NCBI GenBank assembly: GCA_024693715.1
Contig: JAILKS010000052.1
Location: 4,214 to 68,213, forward strand
DNA length: 64,000 bases
Origin: Treponema sp.
Lineage (GTDB): Bacteria; Spirochaetota; Spirochaetia; Treponematales; Treponemataceae
Direction of reading: 5' to 3'
Below the pieces are notes generated by a model that saw nothing but the letters and a program-made list of their open reading frames with translations, was not told where the DNA came from and did not search any database. Below, one piece after another: positions 45,380-54,631 of the stretch. Within the stretch, counting starts at the first letter, position 1. The number at the start of each line of letters is the position of its first letter. Both the position numbers and the translations under genes were made by a program.

Positions 45380-46060
45380 ATGGAAAATGAAAAACATGGT
45401 CTTTTAAACAAGATAGAAAGCAATTATCCAAAGCCCGAGAAGAAGGTGCGTACAAAAAAAAGTATCCTTGTAAGGGTGTTTAACAGGATTATAATTATTC
45501 TTGCATTATTCATAGTAATTCTTTTTGCAGTATATTTTTTGTTCTTGAAAAATAAACCTGATAATCCAATCACAAATATCATTGCTCCTCCTCCTAAAAC
45601 AGAAGTAACATCTGCACTTATAAAAGATCAGCTTTCATACTGGCAGGAATTCGTAACCTTCAAATATCGTTACAGCAATATCTGTACAATAAAGAAAACG
45701 GGAAGGATTTTTTCTGCATATACAATCGTAAAATATTCCGGAGTTATTAGAGCCGGAATTGCAGATATTACTGAAGCAGAAATTAAAATTTCTGAAGACG
45801 GAAAAAAGCTTGAAATAAAGCTTCCTGAAGCAGAGATTTTAGGAAATGAGATTTCTTCTCAGGAGGTTTTCGACGAGCAGAAGAATATTTTCATGTCTGT
45901 AAAAACACAGGAAATTTTTGATAAGATTGAAGAAGATAAAATGCGTGCACAGGATGACCTTCTTACCGACGGACTTCTTTTAAACGCAAGAAATTATGCA
46001 AAGGAAATAATCACACAGATATTCTTGACTGCAGGTTTTGAAGAAGTTATTGTCGAATAG
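45380..46060 (+). CDS. DUF4230 family membrane-anchored protein
   Basis: TM helix, then VIRAGIADI, IKLPEAEIL and NARNYAKEII...GFEEV pattern. Confidence 0.8.
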   Translation: MENEKHGLLNKIESNYPKPEKKVRTKKSILVRVFNRIIIILALFIVILFAVYFLFLKNKPDNPITNIIAPPPKTEVTSALIKDQLSYWQEFVTFKYRYSNICTIKKTGRIFSAYTIVKYSGVIRAGIADITEAEIKISEDGKKLEIKLPEAEILGNEISSQEVFDEQKNIFMSVKTQEIFDKIEEDKMRAQDDLLTDGLLLNARNYAKEIITQIFLTAGFEEVIVE

Positions 46061-46068
46061 GGAGTTTT

Positions 46069-47154
46069 ATGGAAAAAACAATTGCGCTGATAAAAGGTGA
46101 TGGCATTGGTCCTGATGTCGTAAATGAAGCGGTAAAGGTGCTGGACGCTGTTGCAGAAAAATATAATCATCACTTTATTTATAAAGAAGTTATTGCAGGT
46201 GGAAGGGCAATTGATCTTTTTGATAATCCTCTGCCTGATGATCAGCTTGAAATATGTAAAAAAGCAGATTCTGTTCTTCTTGGTGCAGTAGGCGGACCAA
46301 AGTGGGATAATGTTGAATATTCAAAGCGTCCTGAAAAAGCACTTTTAGCTCTTCGAGGCGGATTAAAAGCGTATGCGAATCTTCGTCCATCCGTAATGTA
46401 CAGGCAGCTAAAGGAAGCATGTCCGTTAAAAGATTCAATTGTTAAGGATGGGGTTGATATTCTGATTGTCCGTGAGCTTACCGGCGGAATATACTTTGGG
46501 GATCGCGGTGAATCTGAGGATGGTAAAACTTACTGGGATACTGAAAAATATTCATGGGAAGAAATTGATCGTATCCTTCGTGTCGGTTTTGAAGCTGCAA
46601 TGAAACGAAGAAAAAAGCTTTGTCTTGTAGATAAGGCAAATATCATGTGGTCCAGCCGGTTGTGGCGAAAGGTTCTTGAATCTGTAAAAGGGCAGTATCC
46701 TGAAGTTGATGTTTCATATCTATATATTGATAATGCCGCAATGCAGCTTGTAAAAAATCCGTGCCAGTTTGATGTAATTGTTACAAGCAATATGTTCGGT
46801 GATATTCTTTCTGATGAAGCGGCGCAGATTGCAGGGTCTATAGGAATGCTGGCGTCTGCATCCATCGGTAATAAATCAGGGCCTGGTATTTATGAGCCGA
46901 TTCATGGCAGCGCTCCTGATATTGCAGGAAAAAATATTGCAAATCCTCTTGCTACGATTTTGAGTGCAGCGATGATGCTTCGTTATGATTTTAATCTTGA
47001 GAAAGAAGCGGCTGCAATTGAAAATGCAGTAAACAGTGTTCTTGATGACGGTTATCGCTGTGCAGATATTGCCGGCAGCTGTGATAAAAAGATGATTTTA
47101 TCAACGACAGATATGGGCAGCAGGGTAAAAGAAAAAATTGAAGTTATGAACTGA
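46069..47154 (+). CDS. leuB: 3-isopropylmalate dehydrogenase
   Basis: GDGIGP, PEKALLALR, ANLRP, VRELTGGIYFG, NMFGDILSDEA, EPIHGSAPDIAGK. Confidence 0.97.
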   Translation: MEKTIALIKGDGIGPDVVNEAVKVLDAVAEKYNHHFIYKEVIAGGRAIDLFDNPLPDDQLEICKKADSVLLGAVGGPKWDNVEYSKRPEKALLALRGGLKAYANLRPSVMYRQLKEACPLKDSIVKDGVDILIVRELTGGIYFGDRGESEDGKTYWDTEKYSWEEIDRILRVGFEAAMKRRKKLCLVDKANIMWSSRLWRKVLESVKGQYPEVDVSYLYIDNAAMQLVKNPCQFDVIVTSNMFGDILSDEAAQIAGSIGMLASASIGNKSGPGIYEPIHGSAPDIAGKNIANPLATILSAAMMLRYDFNLEKEAAAIENAVNSVLDDGYRCADIAGSCDKKMILSTTDMGSRVKEKIEVMN

Positions 47155-47172
47155 TTTTATATCGGGAAAATG

Positions 47173-47216
47173 AAAACGGCAGAATCTTTATTGAATTGAT
47201 TCTGCCGTTTTTTTTT
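47173..47216. terminator. Bidirectional intrinsic terminator between leuB and uraA
   Basis: aaaacggcagaatc / gattctgccgtttt 14-bp perfect stem with a T-run. Confidence 0.85.
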
Positions 47217-47236
47217 AATCTTAAGCTTTGAAAAAA

Positions 47237-48583
47237 TTATTGTTCTTTACTGAGCATTAAGTTTGTAAGGATTCCAAGAATTAATGCACAGGCAACAGTT
47301 CTGATTTCTACAGCGCCGAAGTTCAAAACCATTCCGCCTACACCTGTAATAAAGATTACTGATGCAACAAAAAGATTTCTGTTTTTGTTTAAATCTACCT
47401 GCTGGAACATCTTGAAACCCGAAACTGCAATAAAGCCGTAAAGTGCGATGCAGACTCCACCCATTACACATGAAGGAATAGTTTCAAGGAAGGCAACAAG
47501 CGGTGTGAGTAAAGAGAAGATTATACAGATGAAAGCACATCCCCAGATAGAAATTGTAGATGCGTTTCTTGTAATTGCAACACAACCGATAGATTCACCG
47601 TAAGTTGTATTTGGACAACCGCCGAAGAATGCACCTGCCATAGAACCGATTCCATCACCGAGAAGTGTTCGTGTAAGGCCTGGATCTTCTGTAAGATCTT
47701 TTCCGACGATTGTTGAAAGGTTTTTATGATCGGCAAGGTGTTCTGCAAAAACTACAAATGCAACAGGAACATAAGCAGAGAACAAAGTAAGGATATATTT
47801 AGCTGAAACAGCTTTTAATCCTGCAGTTCCTCCAAGAAGGAATGTGAATTTTGGAAGAGAAATCCAGCCGCTTAATGATTTGAAATTTAATGATGTTAAT
47901 GCACTGTAATTGATGACGATTAACGAAGTGTTTTTAGTTGCATAACCGATTAATGCGAAGATAGAAGCAACGATATAGCCTGCAAGAATACCGATAATAA
48001 AAGGAATTAATCTTCCTGCCTTTTTGCCGTATGTAGAACAAAGCATTGTAACAGCAAGAGTAACAAGTCCGCAGATAAGTGCAACATAAGTGCTTCCTCC
48101 GTCGATGTTTGATTTCATCAAATCACCTACAGCATTTCCTGAAAGGCTTAATCCAATGATTGCAACTGTCGGACCAATAATAACTGGTGGCATTAATTTG
48201 TTTATCCATTGTACACCGAAGAATTTTATTACCACTGCAATGATTACATAAACAAGACCTGCCATGACAGCACCGATGATAAGTCCCCAGTAACCAGCCT
48301 GCTCTGCAAGACCTAATGTTGCTGCTCCACTGAATGCAGAAAACATTGAACCAATGAAGGCAAAAGAACTGCCTAAGAAAACAGGGCTTGAACTTTTTGT
48401 AAACAGCAGATAAATGATTGTTCCGATACCGGCTCCGAATAATGCTGCTGATGCTGATAATCCGTGTCCGATAATGGCAGGGACTGCGATAGTAGCAGCC
48501 ATAATTGCCAGAAGCTGTTGTAATGCGAACAATACAACTTTGCCGAGCTTTGGCTTGTCTTTGATTCCGTAAATCAAATCCAT
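47237..48583 (-). CDS. uraA: NCS2-family uracil/xanthine permease
   Basis: LQQLLA, PVFLGSSFAF, PNTTYGESIG, VMGGVCIALYGFIA motifs. Confidence 0.88.
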   Translation of the reverse strand: MDLIYGIKDKPKLGKVVLFALQQLLAIMAATIAVPAIIGHGLSASAALFGAGIGTIIYLLFTKSSSPVFLGSSFAFIGSMFSAFSGAATLGLAEQAGYWGLIIGAVMAGLVYVIIAVVIKFFGVQWINKLMPPVIIGPTVAIIGLSLSGNAVGDLMKSNIDGGSTYVALICGLVTLAVTMLCSTYGKKAGRLIPFIIGILAGYIVASIFALIGYATKNTSLIVINYSALTSLNFKSLSGWISLPKFTFLLGGTAGLKAVSAKYILTLFSAYVPVAFVVFAEHLADHKNLSTIVGKDLTEDPGLTRTLLGDGIGSMAGAFFGGCPNTTYGESIGCVAITRNASTISIWGCAFICIIFSLLTPLVAFLETIPSCVMGGVCIALYGFIAVSGFKMFQQVDLNKNRNLFVASVIFITGVGGMVLNFGAVEIRTVACALILGILTNLMLSKEQ

Positions 48584-48643
48584 ATGATTACTCCTTTTGT
48601 AGATATAAATTATATATTTATTTCCATTTGCATAGAAAATAAA

Positions 48644-49870
48644 TTACAGTTTATATACAGTTCCATCCTTTATGATTTCTATTATAATTTCTACGACAGA
48701 TGGATCGAACTGCTTGCCTGCGCATCTTTGAAGCTCCATGATAATTCTCTCTTCGCTGAATTTTAATCTGTAGCAGCGGTTTGCAGACATTGCATCATAC
48801 GAATCTGCAACACAGACTATTCTTGCTACAATAGGAATGTCATCTCCCTTTAACCGGTTAATATAGCCGTTTCCGTCATATCTTTCGTGATGATAAAGAA
48901 CTGCATCATTAATTACAGGAAGAATCGTAAAGTTCTTTAAAAGCTCGGCACCATTTGCAGTATGCTGCTTGATAAGTCCCCATTCATTGTCCGAAAGATG
49001 CGAGGTTTTGTTTAATATTTCATCAGAAATCGTAATTTTTCCTATATCGTGCATGAGTCCTGCATAATACATGTTTCTTGTTTCAGTTTCATTAAATCCC
49101 ATGCGCCGTGCAATTTCTTTTGTATAAGCTGCAACTCTTGTGGAATGACCGCGTGTGTATGGATCCTTGTTATCGATGAAGGTTGTAAACGTTTTCATCG
49201 TCTGTTCAATAAGTATGCTGTCGTGAAGCATTTCCTGTTCATGCTTTTTTATTTGTGAAAGCATTGAATGGTAAATGATGATTGAAATTACTAGCATGGA
49301 AGTTAAAATCAGCATAATAAGGCAGCAGATATTGAATACAAAGTTTTTTGAAATATGATGAATTTCTGTTCCGCTTACTTCTGCACAATCAAATTCAAAA
49401 AAAGCCTTTGAATGAATTATAAAACCGAAGGTTTCCTGTGAGTTCGGCTTTATGATTTCATTTCGTTTTTCTTTTGGTGTGATGAAAAGTTCATCCTTTT
49501 GAATTTCTGCATTACAATTCCAGGTGTTTTCAAGAAAAGAACCTTTTGGAATCTGAAGTTTTATTTCCCAGTTTGAAAAATCAAAATCTTTTGTGTTAAT
49601 AAAAATTACGTCATAAGCGGTTACAATAGATTTATCTTCTTCAACCCATGTATTTGTTCTCTTTACAGAGACATTGATTATATTTGTTGAATTAACAGGT
49701 TTTCTTAATGAATCCTGAGAAAAGGTCATGGAACGGTGCATTACATTTTTTAAATAAATACTCCAACCGATTGTTCCTAAGGAAGCAATACCGAAGAACA
49801 CAGAAAGTATTATCATTACTTTTTTTATTTTATTTTTCTGGTACATCATAGCATTGAATTTATTATACAT
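48644..49870 (-). CDS. Membrane HD-GYP phosphodiesterase with CBM2-like periplasmic domain
   Basis: Two TM helices flank a CBM2-like domain. C-terminal YTRGHS, HDIGK, HHERYDGNGYI (GYP read as GYI), VADSYDAM. Confidence 0.85.
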   Translation of the reverse strand: MYNKFNAMMYQKNKIKKVMIILSVFFGIASLGTIGWSIYLKNVMHRSMTFSQDSLRKPVNSTNIINVSVKRTNTWVEEDKSIVTAYDVIFINTKDFDFSNWEIKLQIPKGSFLENTWNCNAEIQKDELFITPKEKRNEIIKPNSQETFGFIIHSKAFFEFDCAEVSGTEIHHISKNFVFNICCLIMLILTSMLVISIIIYHSMLSQIKKHEQEMLHDSILIEQTMKTFTTFIDNKDPYTRGHSTRVAAYTKEIARRMGFNETETRNMYYAGLMHDIGKITISDEILNKTSHLSDNEWGLIKQHTANGAELLKNFTILPVINDAVLYHHERYDGNGYINRLKGDDIPIVARIVCVADSYDAMSANRCYRLKFSEERIIMELQRCAGKQFDPSVVEIIIEIIKDGTVYKL

Positions 49871-49934
49871 CTGTTTTCTGATTTTTCAATTAAAAAAATA
49901 AGTTTAAAAAAAAATATGATAGATTTTTATTTTA

Positions 49935-49962
49935 TGGACAAATGAAATAAAACTGATATAAT
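49935..49962 (+). promoter_or_regulatory. Sigma70 promoter with extended -10 for the MCP gene
   Basis: TGGACA (49935-49940), 16 nt, with TG-A-TATAAT (49954-49962). Confidence 0.55.
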
Positions 49963-49996
49963 GTTAATTATACTATAGTACTTATAAGGGGTATTT

Positions 49997-52102
49997 ATGT
50001 CAGATTCAGCTTCTACAATCAGCGTTACAAAACCTTCTAAGCGGAGAAGTCTTGGAAGAAAATATGGTTTACTTACAATTCTTGCGGTTTTCGCTCTTAT
50101 GGGTATTCTTCTTACTGTAGTTACCTGGGGTGTTCAGAAGTATTCTACAGCTTCTTATTATGATATGTCTGAAGAGCTTGTAAACGGACGTTCGCAGGAA
50201 ATTAAAAAATGGATTTCGAATTATGAAAATGATTTAAGGATTTATTCGGAATCTGATGTTGTAAAAACTGGTGATGCAAATGCCGTAATAGAATGGCTTC
50301 ATAATCATACGAATTTAAGAAATCCTGATTATGATTATATGTTTTTCTGTACCCCTGACGGAACTTCTTATCGTGATACAGGTCTTATAGGAAATAAGGG
50401 AGCCCTGCTTGAGCGTGATTATCATAAGGCTATGATGCTTGAAGGAAAGGATGTGTTTGTCGGAAAGATGGTTCTTTCAAAAACATCTGGTCAATATGTA
50501 CTTCCAATTGCACGTCCTGCAAAAGACAGAAACGGAAAGGTTTTCGGATATTTTGTCGGAATGCTCGGTGTAGGTGCAATCGGAAAAGAAATTGCAGAAT
50601 TTAAGATTGGTGAAGAAGGTTATTTCTGTCTTTGTGACAGGGCAGGACAGTTCGTTGCACACCGTGATGAAAAAATGATTATGGAAAGCATAGATCTTTA
50701 TCCTGAAGTTAAAACTCTTGCTCTTGAACAGAAAACTGACAGGACAAAAATTGTAATTGATCAGGTAGAATGTGAAGCTTTCGTATCTCACGTAGATGGT
50801 CCTGAAATGACAACCTGTTTTATAGTTTCTTCACGTCAGATTAATACTGTAACTACAATGCTTCGTAATATAGTAGTAATTGCTTCTGTAGTAATTGCAA
50901 TTATTGTTTGTATTCTTATTGAAATGATTATCTTCACTATCATTGGAAGATTAAATAAGGTTAATAGGCTTGTTGAAAAGCTTTCTACCGGTGATGCTGA
51001 CCTTACAGTTCGTCTTAAGATTAACCGCAATGATGAAATCGGTGCACTTATTGCATCCGTTAATGCCTTCCTCGAAAAGTTCCATTCAATCATGATAAAT
51101 ATTAAAGATTCTGAAAAAAATCTTTCGGAAGGCGGAACAACGCTTCTTGAAGAAATATCGACTACAACATCTACAATTTCACAGATGGCAAATAACATCG
51201 GTCTTGTAAATGAACAGGTAAAAAATCAGACACAGTCGGTTGAAAGTTCAGCAAGTGCAATTACAGAAATTACAAGAAATATTGAATCGCTCGATGCAAT
51301 GATCCAGGGACAGGCTTCTTCTGTAGTTCAGGCATCTGCAGCGGTAGAAGAGATGATAAGCAACATCAATTCTGTAGATAAATCTGTAGTAAAGATGGTT
51401 GATGAATTCAGTATTCTTGAATCTGATACAAGAAACGGTATTGAAAAAAATACATCAGTTAATAATCTTATTCAAAGAATTGCACAACAGTCTACTTCAA
51501 TGGTAGATGCCAATACAACAATTCAGAATATTGCAGAACAGACAAACCTTCTTGCTATGAATGCGGCAATTGAAGCTGCTCATGCGGGCGAAGCAGGACG
51601 CGGTTTCTCTGTAGTTGCCGATGAAATCCGTAAGCTTGCAGAAACATCAGCAGAGCAGTCTAATAAAATCGGTGAAGAACTTACAAGCATTCAGAATGGT
51701 ATTTCAGATGCGGTTGAAGCTTCTTCTGAATCTGAACGTTCCTTCCAGGCAGTTTCTGCACGTATTGCTGATACTGGAAATATTATTTCTGTAATCAAGA
51801 GCGCTATGGAAGAGCAGCAGTCTGGTTCTCATCAGATTCTTGAAGCACTTCAGAATATGAATGATAGTACGGCGGAAGTTCGTGGAGCTGCTGCAGAAAT
51901 GACTCGCGGTGGTGAAGCAATTATGCACGATGTTTCAACACTTAAAGAAAGTATGACAAGTATTGAAACAGCAATTTCTGAAATTCATGATGGTACAAAT
52001 TATGTAAATGACAGTACAAATAAGCTTCGTGATGTTTCGGTTTCATTCTCAGATTCAATCAAACAGATTAGTGACGATGTAGACAGATTTAAGGTTGATT
52101 AA
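49997..52102 (+). CDS. Methyl-accepting chemotaxis protein (dCache-type sensor, HAMP, MA)
   Basis: TM1, periplasmic Cache-like region, TM2, [56 protein letters not shown]. Confidence 0.95.
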   Translation: MSDSASTISVTKPSKRRSLGRKYGLLTILAVFALMGILLTVVTWGVQKYSTASYYDMSEELVNGRSQEIKKWISNYENDLRIYSESDVVKTGDANAVIEWLHNHTNLRNPDYDYMFFCTPDGTSYRDTGLIGNKGALLERDYHKAMMLEGKDVFVGKMVLSKTSGQYVLPIARPAKDRNGKVFGYFVGMLGVGAIGKEIAEFKIGEEGYFCLCDRAGQFVAHRDEKMIMESIDLYPEVKTLALEQKTDRTKIVIDQVECEAFVSHVDGPEMTTCFIVSSRQINTVTTMLRNIVVIASVVIAIIVCILIEMIIFTIIGRLNKVNRLVEKLSTGDADLTVRLKINRNDEIGALIASVNAFLEKFHSIMINIKDSEKNLSEGGTTLLEEISTTTSTISQMANNIGLVNEQVKNQTQSVESSASAITEITRNIESLDAMIQGQASSVVQASAAVEEMISNINSVDKSVVKMVDEFSILESDTRNGIEKNTSVNNLIQRIAQQSTSMVDANTTIQNIAEQTNLLAMNAAIEAAHAGEAGRGFSVVADEIRKLAETSAEQSNKIGEELTSIQNGISDAVEASSESERSFQAVSARIADTGNIISVIKSAMEEQQSGSHQILEALQNMNDSTAEVRGAAAEMTRGGEAIMHDVSTLKESMTSIETAISEIHDGTNYVNDSTNKLRDVSVSFSDSIKQISDDVDRFKVD

Positions 52103-52116
52103 TCCGGGGATAAAAA

Positions 52117-53247
52117 ATGCAGAAAATAGAATTTAATTTTTTCGATTACCTTTCATGGAGAGGAGATTTATCTTTTGAAAATTCTCCCTTCAATGAAGTA
52201 GACGGACTTATTTTATGTGCGGTTGTTTATTTGAATTTTGACGGTATTTTAGCCGACAGTTTTCAAAATAAAAAAACTTTTGAAGAAGTATCAAATGAAT
52301 TTGTAAACCTCAGCGATTATAACGAGCGTTCTTTTCTTGGTGCGATGATAAATAAGGATACCGCACGTCTTTTACAGGTATGTGCGCTTACCAAAAGATT
52401 CAGTCAGATTAAAGTATGTGGTTATAGAGAAATATTTGATAAGGAAAAAGAAGAGCAGTTTGCAGCACTAACTTTTATTCTTGATGATAAAAAGCAGACA
52501 CGTGTTGTTGTTTTTCGCGGAACTGATGATTCTTTGACCGGCTGGAAAGAGGATTTTGATCTTGCATATAAGCCTGTCATTCCGTCGCAGCTTCATGCTC
52601 TTGAGTATCTTGAAAACGCATATAAAAGTCTGCATGGTGAGTTTATAGTTGCGGGGCATTCAAAGGGCGGAAATATTGCAGTTTACAGTGCGATGAATTC
52701 AAAACGATGGTTCTTCGGTGATATTAAAAATGTATATAATTATGACGGACCCGGTTTTTCGGTTGATGTTATCTGCTCAAAGGAATTTAACTCGATTAAA
52801 GATAAAATCCTTACTTTTTATCCGTCGTTCTGCATCATCGGTTCACTTTTTTATCATGACGATACTTTTACAATTGTCAGCAGTACGAATAATACTTTTA
52901 TGCAGCACGATCCGTTTTCATGGAAAATTGAGCAGAATACTTTTGTTAAAGCTCAGGAGTTTGCAAAGCAGAGCGTTGTTATAAGTGATGTTTCAAATAA
53001 GTGGATTAATCAAGTACCTGTAGAAGAAAAAGAAAAGTTCATCAATACTTTTTTTGGAGTCGTTAAAGCTACAGGAGAAATATGTATTAACGGACTTGTA
53101 AAAAATCTTGTATCTACAGGAACAAAAGTAGTTTCTGCAATGGCAAAACTTCCTGCCGATCAGCGAAAGCAGTTTACAAATATGTTCAATTTATTCAAGA
53201 AGTTCATGCTGGAAGGATTACCGGTATTGCATAAAAAGAATACTTAA
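52117..53247 (+). CDS. DUF2974 (Mbeg1-like) alpha/beta hydrolase
   Basis: DYLSWRGDLSF, FNEVD, FRGTDDSLTGWKEDF, GHSKGGN nucleophile elbow, YDGPGF, HDPFSW. Confidence 0.88.
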   Translation: MQKIEFNFFDYLSWRGDLSFENSPFNEVDGLILCAVVYLNFDGILADSFQNKKTFEEVSNEFVNLSDYNERSFLGAMINKDTARLLQVCALTKRFSQIKVCGYREIFDKEKEEQFAALTFILDDKKQTRVVVFRGTDDSLTGWKEDFDLAYKPVIPSQLHALEYLENAYKSLHGEFIVAGHSKGGNIAVYSAMNSKRWFFGDIKNVYNYDGPGFSVDVICSKEFNSIKDKILTFYPSFCIIGSLFYHDDTFTIVSSTNNTFMQHDPFSWKIEQNTFVKAQEFAKQSVVISDVSNKWINQVPVEEKEKFINTFFGVVKATGEICINGLVKNLVSTGTKVVSAMAKLPADQRKQFTNMFNLFKKFMLEGLPVLHKKNT

Positions 53248-53285
53248 ATAATCAAAGAGTAATTTGTTTTAAATCACAACTTTAT

Positions 53286-53314
53286 TTGTATAAAACGCAT
53301 AAATTTTGTATACT
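53286..53314 (+). promoter_or_regulatory. Sigma70 promoter of the his-def-fmt-aro-rpiA operon (leaderless candidate)
   Basis: TTGTAT (53286-53291), 17 nt, TATACT (53309-53314), 6 nt, ATG 53321; no SD. Confidence 0.55.
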
Positions 53315-53320
53315 ACTGTT

Positions 53321-54613
53321 ATGGTAATATCATCTATAGATTTAGAAAACGGACATGTAGTTCAGCTTAAAAACGGTAAAGACCTTGTTTTACAAAGAGA
53401 TGACGCAGATGACCTTATAAAAGATTTTGATTTTTACGGTGAAGTGGCGGTTATAGATCTTGATGCAGCAAAGGGAAATATTGATTCAAAAGGATATACT
53501 GTAAATACACCCTTGTTAAAATCACTTTTAAGAAAAGGTAATGTTAGAACAGGCGGTGGAATCAGAACTGTAAAAAGGGCAAAAGAGCTTATTTCTCTTG
53601 GTGCAGAAAAGGTTATAATCGGTTCAGCTGCATGGAATCCTTCTCCCGCAGATAATGGTTCTGTTTTAAATAAAGATTTTCTTGAAGAGCTTGTAGAGGC
53701 TGTCGGTAAAGACAGAATCATAATAAGTGTAGATTCAATCAACGGTAAGATCGCAGTTAAGGGATGGACAGAAACTGTTGATATTTCTCTTGTAGAAGGT
53801 GCTAAAGAAGCAGAAAAATATTGTTCAGAGCTTTTATTTACATGTGTTGAAAAAGAAGGCTGCATGCAGGGTACAGATATGAATTATGTAAAGCAGCTTA
53901 GAGATGCGGTAAAATGCCGTGTGGTTGCAGCAGGTGGAGTTTCATCGGTTGAAGAAATTGCAGCTCTGGAAAAATTGCATTGTGACGTTCAGCTTGGGAT
54001 GGCTTTATATACAGGTAAGGTTTCGCTTAAAGATTCTTTCATTGCTTGTCTTAATTTTACTAAGGGTGATATGATTCCTGTTATTGCACAAAGCGTTAAC
54101 GGTCAGGTTTTGATGCAGGGCTTTGCAAATAAGACTGCCTTTGAAAAAACTTTTGAAACAAAAAAGCTTACCTTCTGGAGCCGTTCAAGAAATGAGCTTT
54201 GGACAAAGGGTGAAACAAGCGGAAATTATTTGAACGTTGTTAAACTTCGACCGGATTGTGACAGAGATTGTGTTCTTGCAACTGTTGTTCCTGTCGGTCC
54301 GTCATGTCATACCGGAAGCTGGACGTGTTTTTCTTCAGACCCGGACGAAATATCTTCTATGGGAAGACTTTATGATATAATTGCAGACAGATTTGCAAAT
54401 CCGAAGCCTGGAAGTTATACAGCAACGCTTGATTCAAAGCGTGTTCGTGAAAAGGTTGAAGAAGAAGCGGAAGAATTATGTGAAGCAGAAGCAAAGGAAG
54501 ATGTTATCTGGGAAGCTGCTGATTTATTGTATTTTATAAATGTTCTTCTTTATAAAGAAGGTGTTACCTGGAAGGATGTTTATGATGAACTGGATAAGCG
54601 TCATAAAAAGTAG
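53321..54613 (+). CDS. hisA/hisIE: Trifunctional HisA-HisI-HisE fusion
   Basis: HisA barrel (SSIDL, GGGIR, IGSAA, AAGGVSS), HisI (FWSRSRNELWTKGETSGN, DCDRD, SCHTG..TCF), HisE (GSYTA, KVEEEAEE, WEAADLLY). ATG 53321 preferred over TTG 53306. Confidence 0.92.
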   Translation: MVISSIDLENGHVVQLKNGKDLVLQRDDADDLIKDFDFYGEVAVIDLDAAKGNIDSKGYTVNTPLLKSLLRKGNVRTGGGIRTVKRAKELISLGAEKVIIGSAAWNPSPADNGSVLNKDFLEELVEAVGKDRIIISVDSINGKIAVKGWTETVDISLVEGAKEAEKYCSELLFTCVEKEGCMQGTDMNYVKQLRDAVKCRVVAAGGVSSVEEIAALEKLHCDVQLGMALYTGKVSLKDSFIACLNFTKGDMIPVIAQSVNGQVLMQGFANKTAFEKTFETKKLTFWSRSRNELWTKGETSGNYLNVVKLRPDCDRDCVLATVVPVGPSCHTGSWTCFSSDPDEISSMGRLYDIIADRFANPKPGSYTATLDSKRVREKVEEEAEELCEAEAKEDVIWEAADLLYFINVLLYKEGVTWKDVYDELDKRHKK

Positions 54614-54631
54614 AAATAATGGAGATTATTA

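Noticed and set aside
48584-48643. PyrR attenuator or purine riboswitch upstream of uraA
   Set aside because: The gap is only 60 nt and AT-rich, with no PyrR-binding loop or terminator/antiterminator pair.
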